Source: a virus. Taken from it: 64,000 bases of DNA. This document shows positions 1-10,309 of the stretch, in pieces. The notes under the pieces are model-generated. The model had not been told where the DNA came from, made no database searches, and was given only the letters and a program-made list of their open reading frames with translations. The stretch is from positions 1-64,000 of the IMG/VR virus record IMGVR_UViG_3300021399_000004. One strand, written 5' to 3'. Numbering within the stretch: position 1 is the first letter of the stretch; every line of letters starts with the position of its first letter. Both the position numbers and the translations under genes were made by a program.

Positions 1-31
1 TGATTAGCTACTGAATATATATTAATTGGCA

Positions 32-835
32 TTACTTACCACTAGAGCCGAAGCCGCCATCATTCCTTTCTGTTTCATCTAAAGTATCTACAGGAACGGG
101 TGCAAAACGATAACTAGGCATTACCATAAGTTGCGCGATGCGGTCTCCAGCATTAATAGTGTAGTCAGAATCAGAAATGTTGTCATATAGGATGCCTAGT
201 TCACCACGATAATCGGAGTCTATAATTCCAGCGCTATTGCTTAGTCGTAGCCCTGTCTTTGCTCCAATACTAGAACGAGGGAAAATCAGTCCAACCCATC
301 CTTCTGGTAGCGCAATATACACTCCAGAACCAATTTTATTGCTGATAGAATGAGCAGGTAATGTGATTGTTTCGCGGGCGTACAAATCTGCGGCCGCGTC
401 TGTATCATGCGCGTAAGTAGGCATATGAGCGCCTTCGTCTAACTTAATTGGAAGTTTGATATCATAACTATGATATTGCTCTAATGCCTTATCAAATACT
501 TCAAAAATTAAATCAAAAACTTTGTCAAGAATCTTCTTCTTATTTTCTGAAGGATTTAATTCCTCTACTAAGCTCTCAACAGCTTGCTTTGAAACCGCAA
601 TATTTTCACGCGCCCGGCCGCGAGAATAATTTAAATTATTAAATGATTTAATTAATTCCTGCGTTGCCTCTTCGCGCATTTCTTCTGCAAAACTATTTTC
701 TATAATAGTATTTACAACCTTTACTGTATTATCATTTAATTGATCCTCTGGAGTAGACATAATTTCATTAATTAAATCATATAATGGCTTTAGTGCGGTA
801 TCTTGATCTAACTTAATCTCACTCATCTTAATCAC
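32..835 (-). CDS. dut: dUTP diphosphatase (trimeric dUTPase) with ~130-aa N-terminal extension
   Basis: 267-aa ORF with no TAG. The C-terminal half carries dUTPase motifs AADLYA, FPRSS, GIIDSDYRGE, GDRIAQL and GGFGSSG. Confidence 0.9.
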   Translation of the reverse strand: MIKMSEIKLDQDTALKPLYDLINEIMSTPEDQLNDNTVKVVNTIIENSFAEEMREEATQELIKSFNNLNYSRGRARENIAVSKQAVESLVEELNPSENKKKILDKVFDLIFEVFDKALEQYHSYDIKLPIKLDEGAHMPTYAHDTDAAADLYARETITLPAHSISNKIGSGVYIALPEGWVGLIFPRSSIGAKTGLRLSNSAGIIDSDYRGELGILYDNISDSDYTINAGDRIAQLMVMPSYRFAPVPVDTLDETERNDGGFGSSGK

Positions 836-838
836 CTC

Positions 839-1054
839 TTAATCGCAAAAGCTCTGCTCTACACTAACAACAGCCCAGGAATCAATAATTTCACCCTTAG
901 ACTTCTTCGTTTTTAAAACATATCCAGACTTTGTTAATGTATAATTACCATTGATTTGATTATCCTTATAATCCTGAATTAGAGCGATTGCTTCTTCCTC
1001 ATCATTAACACGATAAACATTAGTTGTTTTCAGTAGTTCCTTCATAATTTTCAT
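839..1054 (-). CDS. hypothetical protein
   Basis: 71-aa track ORF, co-oriented and tightly packed. No recognisable motif. Confidence 0.45.
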   Translation of the reverse strand: MKIMKELLKTTNVYRVNDEEEAIALIQDYKDNQINGNYTLTKSGYVLKTKKSKGEIIDSWAVVSVEQSFCD

Positions 1055-1358
1055 TCTCCTTTATTTCATTTAATTTTCTTAAACGTTGAATTAAGTCAAT
1101 ATAGTTTATTTTCTTAGCTGTCTCTGTTATTACTTCTGCTTCATTTTTTAAGTTTTTATTTTTTTGCTTCTTTGCAAGTGCGCGTCTTTGCTTTCTATTT
1201 AACTTGAAATTATTTTTCTAAGAAACATCTTCTATAATAAAATTTTCAATATTCTTAATAATTTCATCATTTGTTGCCGCGCCTATTAACTAATCTGCTT
1301 CTTCATAGCTAATTTGCTAGATTTCTGCAAATCGTGAAATGATATTATTTTGCTCCAT
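1020..1358 (-). CDS. hypothetical protein (3 in-frame TAG)
   Basis: ATG at 1358 to TAA at 1020 is open only if TAG is sense. Length is divisible by 3. Lys-rich, with no motif. Confidence 0.3.
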
Positions 1359-1360
1359 AT

Positions 1361-2359
1361 TTAGCCGCCGCCTCCACTATTTCTATTATATCCATACTCT
1401 TGTGTTTTAAAGAAATCAATATAATATTTTTCTAACTCATTTAATTTATCTTTTTCACAATAAGTTATTATTTCTATTGTCCAATTCCAAATGCCGCTCT
1501 TTAACATTTCATGGTGAACTTTCTAATCAGCAATCGTAGTTATTCCTACGGCACTTTTATAATGGTCTGCGATTCGTTTCTTTACATTAGTGCTCTTTCC
1601 AATATATGCTTTTCCAGTATTTATATTTGTTAATTTATAAATTCCTGGTTCATCTTTTGCACCAATTCTTTTAAAAGTCTCATCAATATAAGGCTTTATA
1701 TATTCAGACCATACTAACTTACTTATAATATCAGGATGAGCGACTTTCTATGATACAGTTGTTAGTAAAAAATCTATATCTTCACGGTATTCTTCAGGAG
1801 TCTATACTGTATAAAAGAGTTTTGCTTGCTAATCTTTTTCATACTACTGCAATGGCGCAAGTAAACTTTGAAACTTTTGTTCTTGATATTCTACCTATTC
1901 TTTAATTTCATCAGCCTTATTTGTCATTTCTGACATGAAATCATCAAAAGCCGCTTCTAAATTTTTCTAATCATGTTCACACGATTCTTTAAACTTTAAT
2001 AATTCATTAGCATAAATAGCTTTTTTTGATTCAATCTCATCTTCCAATATTTCTAGACGTTTATTTTTTTCTTGTTCTAAGTCTTTAGTTAAATTTAATT
2101 GCTAAGTAAGCCATTCATTCTGAGCAACACTAATTTGTTCTTTTAAATTATTTAGTTCATTAGTTTTATTTACTATACTATCATTAAGACTACCACATTC
2201 CCATTTTATTTTATCTAATGCCCGTTGGTTAGTAGTAATTTCATTTTGAATGGTAGTAATTTGCTCAGTGTCAAGAGTTGTTTTCTTCTTTAACTAAAAA
2301 ACTAATATAATAATTATAAGAATTAAAATTCCTATGACAATATACATATACATCACCAT
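1361..2359 (-). CDS. GIY-YIG nuclease-domain protein with N-terminal TM helix and coiled coil (9 in-frame TAG)
   Basis: Hand translation gives MVMYMYIVIGILILIIIILVF..., then a long coiled coil, then GIYKLTNINTGKAYIGKSTNVKKRIADHY. The only interruptions are TAG. The track shows no ORF here. Confidence 0.6.
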
Positions 2360-2392
2360 CATTTCTTTTCTTATAATTATTATATCAGATTT

Positions 2393-2875
2393 TTATTTAG
2401 AAGTCAAGTACTCAGCATATTGATTATCTGAAGCTAAATAAACTCCTAATACTTCATCATAATGCGGCTGCTGGTTCATTATATAGCGGCCATACTTAAT
2501 TATAATATTTTTATATTCTTGAATAAAATCTAGACATTCAATTTCATCTTTATTATAGCCAGTATAAATAACTATTACGTCATTGCAGTCCATACCAGCG
2601 CGAATAAAATCAATAAAATTGAGAAGAGTTGACTCTGAATCGAATGGCTCTAATCCTTGCAAACAAAAACCTTTTGTTAGCGGATTGGCTTTATACATGC
2701 TCCAAATAGTATGCTCACTGATGTCAATATCGGGCTCGGCCGCCAGTCTGCTATTCTAGCAGACTTGACAACCATTAAGTTTATCACACTTAAAATCACA
2801 AGTAGGAAATTCTAACGTCATTACTGGCTCTTTATAATTAGTAAAATCACAATCAATTATTCCTTTAAGTTTCAT
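2393..2875 (-). CDS. nrdG: anaerobic ribonucleotide reductase activating protein (1 in-frame TAG at 2756-2758)
   Basis: The track ORF 2393..2698 extends through one TAG to an ATG at 2875 that overlaps the nrdD stop. The N-terminus has the Cys cluster CDFKCDKLNGCQVC-TAG-N, typical of radical-SAM activases. It sits directly downstream of nrdD. Confidence 0.7.
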
Positions 2876-4787
2876 TTAAATGCTCCCATTGTCTCATTTT
2901 GAATTCAGCCTTGCGCTCTTTACTCCAAGTTTTAATTGGCGTATAGAATCCTACGATTCGCGTATATTCAGTTACTACATCGCCACCACAAACTGGGCAC
3001 TTGGTTCCATAAAAAGCATGATTATGCTCACAAGCCTGAATCTTAGTATTAAATGCGAAATAAGTAAGCCCTTGGTCAGCAATATAATTTACAGCATCCC
3101 AAGCCTTCTCAAAACTATCAAATGGAGCATCAATATTTAAGTGCGCGATTGAACCACCATTACAATAGCTATCAAATAGAGAAGCGATGCGGATGCGCTC
3201 AGCCATTGTCGTCTTAATTCCAAGAGGAATGAACTGGTTGCCGTATAATGGTAAGTCTTTTACTACTGTTTCAGGGAATAAAAACTCATCAGCTAGTTGC
3301 ATTTTTGCCGCGGCGGATTCACCCGGAATTTGTTCAAGATTAATTTTATAATTTTTATCCGCGGCGAAACTATCTTTTACAGCATGTATTGCTTCAAAAA
3401 TGCGTTTGCCAAACTTGTCTGCGGCTTCGGTATAATATATGTTACCTAACTCATCAGTTTTGATATAGTTGAATGTTTTCATGGTTTCATATACACCGAT
3501 AACGCCAACAGTATTATATAGATGGTCGAAATCAACAATCCCCTTGGTAAAGTTTGGAAGCAATCCTTTTTCTACATTACGAACAATAATATTGCGTACA
3601 CAATCAAGCGCCTTGCAATCAAGCTCAACCAAATCTTTTAAGGCAGCAAGATACGCTTCTTCATCACCTGGATGTTCAAGCGCTAGCCGCGCAAGGTTGA
3701 TTGTAGAGACTTTAACAGAGCCTACTTTTAGGGCAGTACCACCAATACTATTAAAATAACCTAAGTCTTCAATATTACTCTTTAAGCGGCAACAATTGCT
3801 AAGTGAGTTGACACTATCGTCAATAAAAAGATTACTATCACTCCATATACGATTATGTTCAATACCCCAGCGTGCGAAGGCTTCATCAGCAAATTCACCA
3901 TTTTTACGTAGCAAACTAATTGTGAGCACGGGGAAAGTAAACATGTTATGTTGACGAATTTCTGCAATAGTTTCCATAAATACTTTTTGGAAATCTTGAA
4001 TCTCCTTTAAGTCATCTATCATAAATGATCCATCTGGGAATTGACTTCCAGCAAATAGTGCTTCAAGATAAGCCATATCAAATACAGAGCAATTAGTAAA
4101 TGCACTCTGCATACCATCTCTTACATATGGCTGATTAACAGCATACACAAACCTTTGAATTTGCTGTTTAGCATAATATTCAGGAGACTTTGTAGCATAC
4201 CCATCTTCACAGTCTTTCTTCCAGAAATAATACATATACGGAATAAGATTGGGCAATCCAACAGCGCCAGAACTACGGTTTGCCGCAAAGCTAATAAATT
4301 CTTTTACGAAATCTACAAAAGTGGATAAATGCTTTGGAGGCTCGGCATTGAAATTATTTAGAAAGAATAAACCTTTTTCCGCGACGTCTTTCAAATCATA
4401 AGCAAAGCAATAATGAATATATGTTGAAGTATCAGCGTCGTGCATATATAGAGCTTTGGTCCATTCTTTTTCAAGCCATTCATTTGCGGTTTGGAACCCA
4501 TAGCGTTTATTCATTTCATAATAAATCTTATTAAAAGCCAATAGCTTACGGTGCGGCTTAGGCATCTCATTCATTAAGGTCCGCATATCTTTATTGCCAA
4601 CATTTGAATTGCCATCAACAGAAACATCAGCAACTGTATCTTTATCAATAAAGTTATCAATAAAATCAGTATATGATAGCTGCTTATCACCAAAACCATT
4701 TAGATAAGCCATTTCTTCTCCATACTTTTCGCTCATCCGATTATAAGCAGTTTGAAAATTCTTATTTAACCTAACTTTAATATCCAT
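2865..4787 (-). CDS. nrdD: anaerobic ribonucleoside-triphosphate reductase (class III)
   Basis: 640 aa with no TAG. The C-terminus has a Zn site (CPVCGG) and a glycyl-radical-type motif (TRIVGFYTP). Confidence 0.9.
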   Translation of the reverse strand: MDIKVRLNKNFQTAYNRMSEKYGEEMAYLNGFGDKQLSYTDFIDNFIDKDTVADVSVDGNSNVGNKDMRTLMNEMPKPHRKLLAFNKIYYEMNKRYGFQTANEWLEKEWTKALYMHDADTSTYIHYCFAYDLKDVAEKGLFFLNNFNAEPPKHLSTFVDFVKEFISFAANRSSGAVGLPNLIPYMYYFWKKDCEDGYATKSPEYYAKQQIQRFVYAVNQPYVRDGMQSAFTNCSVFDMAYLEALFAGSQFPDGSFMIDDLKEIQDFQKVFMETIAEIRQHNMFTFPVLTISLLRKNGEFADEAFARWGIEHNRIWSDSNLFIDDSVNSLSNCCRLKSNIEDLGYFNSIGGTALKVGSVKVSTINLARLALEHPGDEEAYLAALKDLVELDCKALDCVRNIIVRNVEKGLLPNFTKGIVDFDHLYNTVGVIGVYETMKTFNYIKTDELGNIYYTEAADKFGKRIFEAIHAVKDSFAADKNYKINLEQIPGESAAAKMQLADEFLFPETVVKDLPLYGNQFIPLGIKTTMAERIRIASLFDSYCNGGSIAHLNIDAPFDSFEKAWDAVNYIADQGLTYFAFNTKIQACEHNHAFYGTKCPVCGGDVVTEYTRIVGFYTPIKTWSKERKAEFKMRQWEHLNET

Positions 4788-4801
4788 ACTTATCCCTCCG
4801 G

Positions 4802-5005
4802 CTATGTTTTAATCCATTCATTCATTTCAGTCGGAGAAGTAAAAATCGTGCCATCTTCTAATTGCATCACTGGAAGACGTTGGATATTCTTTTCAATTAG
4901 CGGCTGAATATCATGTAATTCATTAAACTTAATATTCTTTTTATTAAGCTTCATTTTAATCATCTTACAAATTCCACAAGTTGGACTGGTATATAAGGTT
5001 ATCAT
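4802..5005 (-). CDS. glutaredoxin-like protein (NrdH-like)
   Basis: 67 aa with N-terminal YTSPTCGICK (CxxC) on a thioredoxin-fold-sized protein. Adjacent to nrdDG. Confidence 0.7.
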   Translation of the reverse strand: MITLYTSPTCGICKMIKMKLNKKNIKFNELHDIQPLIEKNIQRLPVMQLEDGTIFTSPTEMNEWIKT

Positions 5006-5011
5006 TGACTA

Positions 5012-5227
5012 TCACTCCATAGTTTTCCCACAATAGGGACATTTATTATCTGCAATTGTAAAATTTAATTTAGCATCAAAATGTGGACAATTAAATTGCA
5101 ATTCTTTAAGTTCATTGCCCAATTTAGTAATGATACTTTTCTTTTCCATAGTTGCGGCCGCAAGACGCATTTCTTTCATAATTTCTTCTCGTTTAGCTAA
5201 TGCTTCTTCACCTGTCATATTCGCCAC
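5012..5227 (-). CDS. hypothetical zinc-ribbon protein
   Basis: 71 aa with C-terminal CPHF...CPYCG. Confidence 0.45.
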   Translation of the reverse strand: MANMTGEEALAKREEIMKEMRLAAATMEKKSIITKLGNELKELQFNCPHFDAKLNFTIADNKCPYCGKTME

Positions 5228-6294
5228 ACCCCTCTTTCACTAATACTGGTATAGGTTTGATCAAATAAATCTTTTGCATTAGGATAGAATTTTAATATTA
5301 AATCCCGCTCCTTATGTGCTTCAGATTTTTCTTTTTTACTTTTAAAAACAATTCTCTCATTAATGCTCTTCTTTTCTTTTCCATCATATGACCAATTGAC
5401 AATACGTTGTGATAAATTTGCAATTGGATCTGAAAAGCCAATCTTTGGTTTTATATAATAAATTTTAATATTGATGCCTTGACTCCAAAAAGAATATAGT
5501 AAATTTAATTTATAAATCAAATCTTTATAATACTAAAAATTGCTAGAAAATGAACCACCTAGCCCGATTGCTACATTAGATGTTTTCATTACATCTGCTA
5601 AAAATAAATGTTTATAATTTTTTAGCATATAATGAGTTTCTTCTAAAGGAATATCTAAGTCTAGAATATAATTATTTGTCCTAGACATTTTTTCATAAGA
5701 ACGAATTTTAAAATACTATGATAAAGTCGTGCATATAATAGGATGAATACATGTGATCGAAGATGGCCCGCGGGCGACAATCTCAGAAAAAATTTCTTCC
5801 CACCCATCACAAAATATATTTTTATCGTAAATATAAATCTTTTTGCGCCTATTCATTGGTGGAATTGGGAGTTTTTCTTTCCCTGCCATCATTCTATAAT
5901 ATGAATTATCTAAAAATTGAGAGATGATTGAGGTCTTTATTCCATCATTATACTTATCTTTTAGAAAAGATTTATAAATATCTGTGCGAGGTAAGGTAAA
6001 ATCTATAATTGAATCTTCAAATGGGACATACTCTCCATTTGTAAAATTAGTACCACCATATTCAATATTACTTATGCGCTAAAAAGCTGGCGGGATGCTT
6101 ACGTCTATATTATCTTCACTAAAGAAGAATATTTTATCATAAGAATCTAATTCCTATTCTTCTAGATCAACTAAACGACAAAACTAATTTTTCTCAGTTT
6201 TATAATATGCCGCCAACTTCATAATCTCTAAATTAGGTGGGGCGAGGTGAACGGAATTAGAAACCTAAAGATTATAATCAACTAAGCCGATCAT
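5215..6294 (-). CDS. hypothetical protein (6 in-frame TAG)
   Basis: Codon-by-codon translation upstream of track ORF 5215..5520 stays open to the ATG at 6294 if TAG is sense. No TAA or TGA occurs in frame. Confidence 0.45.
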
Positions 6295-6295
6295 A

Positions 6296-9200
6296 TTAAT
6301 CCACCTCCGCCCGGTCGTATTGGAATATTAACTGCCCATCTTGATTGATCCCAACAATCTTTGAAATTATTGGATAAATACTATCCTTTTTTTTCTTGGG
6401 TATAAAGTCACTACCGCGACGTATACCTTGTATCATAAGTAGCGAACCTCTTGTGAACCAACTACGCTCAACAACGTGTTTACAACCATCTGCACCCTTC
6501 TGAGATAACTGTTTATCAAACATGGCATATTGATTCTTATATACTTTAACATTAACTACGCCAGTCGGTGTTAATAATGTTACAGTATTCTTCATTTTAT
6601 TTTTATCAATGACCGTGCCAATGATTCGCCTTAACTTATATATTCTAATTTCATTGCCATCCTTGCTAGTAAAAGTATAGTCTACTTCTGGTTCTTCTGG
6701 TAGTTTAAAAAAATCATCATATAAATATTGAGAATCTGCTAATTCATGCGGATGACTATAAAATGAAACAGATTCCATCTCCCAATGTGAGATGTTTCCT
6801 GCCGCATATTTATTAAACATTTCATCATATAATGCTTTGTTTAATTTATTCAGTACTTCTTTATTTCCCTTTAAGTACATACGCATTGGATCCATACCAT
6901 GCTGGTACAAATTATCCCATACTGCCGCGGAAATACTTGTACCATTTGAGATATAATCAGCACTAAAGTTATTCGCAATAAAATTAACAGCCGCATCATT
7001 TAATTGATAATTTTCAACTTTCTTTTGCTGCTTTAAAAACTTATTAAATAAGAATAACTTTTTACAAAAAATAAGTTCTTCTGGAATTAAATCATAATTA
7101 ATTAACATTTGCATATTTTGCAAGGTTAATCTCTGCTTTTTATCAGCAATCATATCAATATATTTTGCCATAATTTCTTCACGAGGTAAACCTACTAATT
7201 CATCAAATGCCCCACATTTAATTAAATTAGACATCTGAATTTTATTTAATTTAACTCTCTCTAAGAAATCATTCATAGAAGTAAATGGACGTTTATCCAT
7301 AATATCTTTTATAATTGAGATGGATAACCTTGTTATGCCGCGAAGTCCATATAAGATTTCATTCTTTGAAACAACAGGCGTAAAAGTATAAGAAGAGCCA
7401 TTAATATTAGGCGGCGAAACTTTAATTCCATAAGTACTGAAACGGCCAATCGCTGATGCAACCTTACCATAATCCATACTCTTGGTTTTTTCTTTTTTCT
7501 TATCTTCTTTTTCGCCTTCAGTTACTTCATTCTCTTCTTCCCATTCTTCTTGTTCTTCTTCGTCTGGATCTTCATCAGGCTCTGCTTCAACCACTAAAGA
7601 AGCTTCACCATCTTCGTCATATTCAACAGTTTGAATACCACCACTATCTACAATAAGATTTGCGGTATTCCAGAATATAATTGGGAAAAAGCGTGCAAGA
7701 TTCATTTCTTGTAATGCAACCATTGAATACGAATACGTGTGTGCTGCATTAAATCCATATCCACGGCTCAATGCAATTTCAATATTCCATACATAATTAC
7801 AGAACTTTTCACTCAATCCTTTTTCTTTTACATTATCAAAGAATTGTTTCGTTAATGCATCATATTCTTTAGGATTTTTCTTTGCTATGGATTTTCTCAA
7901 TTTATCTGCAAACTGTAAATCCCAACCACCGCATTCAGGCAATTGTACTAACTGCATAAACTGCTCTTGTGTAATTGACATACCATCTGAGATATCCAAT
8001 TCACGATGCATAATCTTACGCTCTTCATCTGTAAGACCCATCTGAATCATTTCTTTGTCCCAATCTTGCGGCCGCTCCCTAAATCGTGCATACTTATCCA
8101 ATGGACTTTCTGCTCCTTTTTCGGTTGCCATTAGACGAATAACTGAATTAAGAACCGCAAGTTCATCAACACTACGCGGATGTGTTAATGAGATACCGCG
8201 CACGCCGCTCTGTTGTTCCATCTGAAACAAAGATACAATCTCATGGTTTTGAACCATATCCCACATTTTTTCGTCATCACGATTTATCTTATAAACACCG
8301 AGTGCATTTTCATATGTTTCTCTTAAAGTTGGATATTGTTTAATATAGCCTTGCTCGACTAACAAATCCAAACATGTATGAATCTTATCGGCTGCCTCAA
8401 CGCTTAACAAGTCCATCTTAATCATTGAAACATCTTCAAGATCATGCAACTCAAACTGAGTAATAATTGTACCATCGGGCGCGCGCATTAACGCACTTGA
8501 TTCTGTAAAATCCTCATCTGTGAATACAACACCGCCCGCATGGATACCCTGACCACAAATCAAACCTTCAATTCTTTGAGCGACTTCCCAAAGCCCAGGA
8601 TGCTTATTAACTTCATTTATAAAAGTCTGATTTGGCGAGATTCCATTTTCTTCATCGCCATAATAAGTTTGCTTTAATGTATAAACCTGACCACGCTCTG
8701 CTTGAATAAGATTAGAAATATAAGATGCTTCATCATTATCTATACCTAAGCCGCGGCAAGCAGTTTGAATAGCTGACTTTGACTTTTCTGTCTTAAAAGT
8801 AGCAACGTTTGATACTCGGTTTTCTCCATATACCTTTCTCAGATGCTCCAAAGTCTGTGCTCTACGGACGCCCTCAATATCAACATCAATATCAAGTACA
8901 GAAACACGCGCTGGATTAAGAAAACGCCAAGGATATGTCTTAGTTTTTTCTCTTAAACAATTTATTTGAATAATATCAAGCGCATAAAGTAATACGAATC
9001 CCATACCAGACCCACGCGCGGGCAATACAATCGTTCCTGCATTCCAACATTCATCTATAATCTTTTGTAGATTTAAGAAATATGCCGACCATTGCGCTTT
9101 ATTTACTTCTGAAGAAACCCAAGTCATTTCCAAACATTCATTTAATGCTTTATACGCTTCTTCATTCTGAAGATCTTCATGCTTTTTAATACCATCTATT

Positions 9201-10255
9201 ATTGCAAAAAATAACTCATTATCTGAATAATGCGTGGAATGTAAAAACTTTTCCAGCGCAGGCATTAATGAAATATAATAATCTATTTCCTCTTGTGTTC
9301 TTGCATGAAAATCTCTCCACGGTAAACTCGGAATTTTTAATGGTTTCAATACACTAAAATCTTCACACTTATCTTTAATTTCCCTAATTGCATCATATGC
9401 AGTCTCAATCTCTTCATCAGATAAATACGGAAAGAAACTACGAATCTCATCATCATTCATCATATACGTTGTCGCATAGAATGAACGAACTTCTCTATCA
9501 CCATCTTGCGAATTAAGAAATGCTTCATGAATTTTAGCTTCTTCCGGCCGTCCATAATGGCTATCGGTTGTTATAATATATTTAATTCCAAGTTCTTTTG
9601 AAATCTTTAATAATTGCTTATTAACAAATACTTGTTCTTTTCCATTTGAAGGTTGCATCTCCAAATAGAAATTACCTTTACCAAATATATCTTCAATATA
9701 TAAACACCAACGCTTTGCGGTTTCATAAAATTCTTCATCACCAGTATCCATATATTGAAGTAAGAATCTATCTAACTGAGAACCTAAACATGCGCTACTT
9801 GCAATCAAATGCCCTTGATCTGGCTTTACAATATCTTTTAAATCTTGATAATAAGTTGGACGTCTACGCTGGCGCCGGCTCATATATGAACGTTGCCATG
9901 CTCTTGTAGATAACTGACAAATCTGTTTATATCCAATCTTATCTTTTGCAAGAAGAATAAAGTGAAAATATCTATCTTTTGTCTTATCGAAGTTTTTCGC
10001 TGTTAAACCATTGCGAGTAAGATATATCTCATTGCCACGAATTAACTTAAAATCTGGATGTACTTCTTTAATCTTCTTATAATACTTTTCTGCCTTAATA
10101 TAACTTGATATAGTTTCATGGTCAGTGATTGCAACACATTCATGTCCTAATTCAATTGCTAAATCAATTAGACCTTCAACACGATTAATGCAGTCGCGTA
10201 AGGTTTCATTACTATACATCGTGTGATTATGCATGCTACCTGGATACTTTGACAT
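6296..10255 (-). CDS. dnaE: DNA polymerase III alpha subunit-type replicative polymerase
   Basis: 1319 aa with no TAG. N-terminal PHP domain (HNHTMYS, AITDHE) and a GIHAGGVVF motif. An acidic insertion is present. Confidence 0.9.
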   Translation of the reverse strand: MSKYPGSMHNHTMYSNETLRDCINRVEGLIDLAIELGHECVAITDHETISSYIKAEKYYKKIKEVHPDFKLIRGNEIYLTRNGLTAKNFDKTKDRYFHFILLAKDKIGYKQICQLSTRAWQRSYMSRRQRRRPTYYQDLKDIVKPDQGHLIASSACLGSQLDRFLLQYMDTGDEEFYETAKRWCLYIEDIFGKGNFYLEMQPSNGKEQVFVNKQLLKISKELGIKYIITTDSHYGRPEEAKIHEAFLNSQDGDREVRSFYATTYMMNDDEIRSFFPYLSDEEIETAYDAIREIKDKCEDFSVLKPLKIPSLPWRDFHARTQEEIDYYISLMPALEKFLHSTHYSDNELFFAIIDGIKKHEDLQNEEAYKALNECLEMTWVSSEVNKAQWSAYFLNLQKIIDECWNAGTIVLPARGSGMGFVLLYALDIIQINCLREKTKTYPWRFLNPARVSVLDIDVDIEGVRRAQTLEHLRKVYGENRVSNVATFKTEKSKSAIQTACRGLGIDNDEASYISNLIQAERGQVYTLKQTYYGDEENGISPNQTFINEVNKHPGLWEVAQRIEGLICGQGIHAGGVVFTDEDFTESSALMRAPDGTIITQFELHDLEDVSMIKMDLLSVEAADKIHTCLDLLVEQGYIKQYPTLRETYENALGVYKINRDDEKMWDMVQNHEIVSLFQMEQQSGVRGISLTHPRSVDELAVLNSVIRLMATEKGAESPLDKYARFRERPQDWDKEMIQMGLTDEERKIMHRELDISDGMSITQEQFMQLVQLPECGGWDLQFADKLRKSIAKKNPKEYDALTKQFFDNVKEKGLSEKFCNYVWNIEIALSRGYGFNAAHTYSYSMVALQEMNLARFFPIIFWNTANLIVDSGGIQTVEYDEDGEASLVVEAEPDEDPDEEEQEEWEEENEVTEGEKEDKKKEKTKSMDYGKVASAIGRFSTYGIKVSPPNINGSSYTFTPVVSKNEILYGLRGITRLSISIIKDIMDKRPFTSMNDFLERVKLNKIQMSNLIKCGAFDELVGLPREEIMAKYIDMIADKKQRLTLQNMQMLINYDLIPEELIFCKKLFLFNKFLKQQKKVENYQLNDAAVNFIANNFSADYISNGTSISAAVWDNLYQHGMDPMRMYLKGNKEVLNKLNKALYDEMFNKYAAGNISHWEMESVSFYSHPHELADSQYLYDDFFKLPEEPEVDYTFTSKDGNEIRIYKLRRIIGTVIDKNKMKNTVTLLTPTGVVNVKVYKNQYAMFDKQLSQKGADGCKHVVERSWFTRGSLLMIQGIRRGSDFIPKKKKDSIYPIISKIVGINQDGQLIFQYDRAEVD

Positions 10256-10280
10256 TTACTCACTTCCTTTATCTATATCT

Positions 10281-10309
10281 ATTATATCATAAAATTCAAT
10301 ATTTGTCAA
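10281..10309 (-). promoter_or_regulatory. sigma70-type promoter TTGACA-N17-TATAAT (upstream of dnaE)
   Basis: attata at 10281-10286 and tgtcaa at 10304-10309 on the plus strand, with a 17-nt spacer. Confidence 0.7.

Noticed and set aside
1054-2392. The idea that ORF-poor stretches (1054-2392, 5520-6296, 28100-30210, 41563-43260, 53600-56010) are pseudogenes or decayed DNA.
   Set aside because: All interruptions are TAG and never TAA or TGA. Frames are preserved across them, and the joined products have intact family motifs. This fits codon reassignment, not decay.
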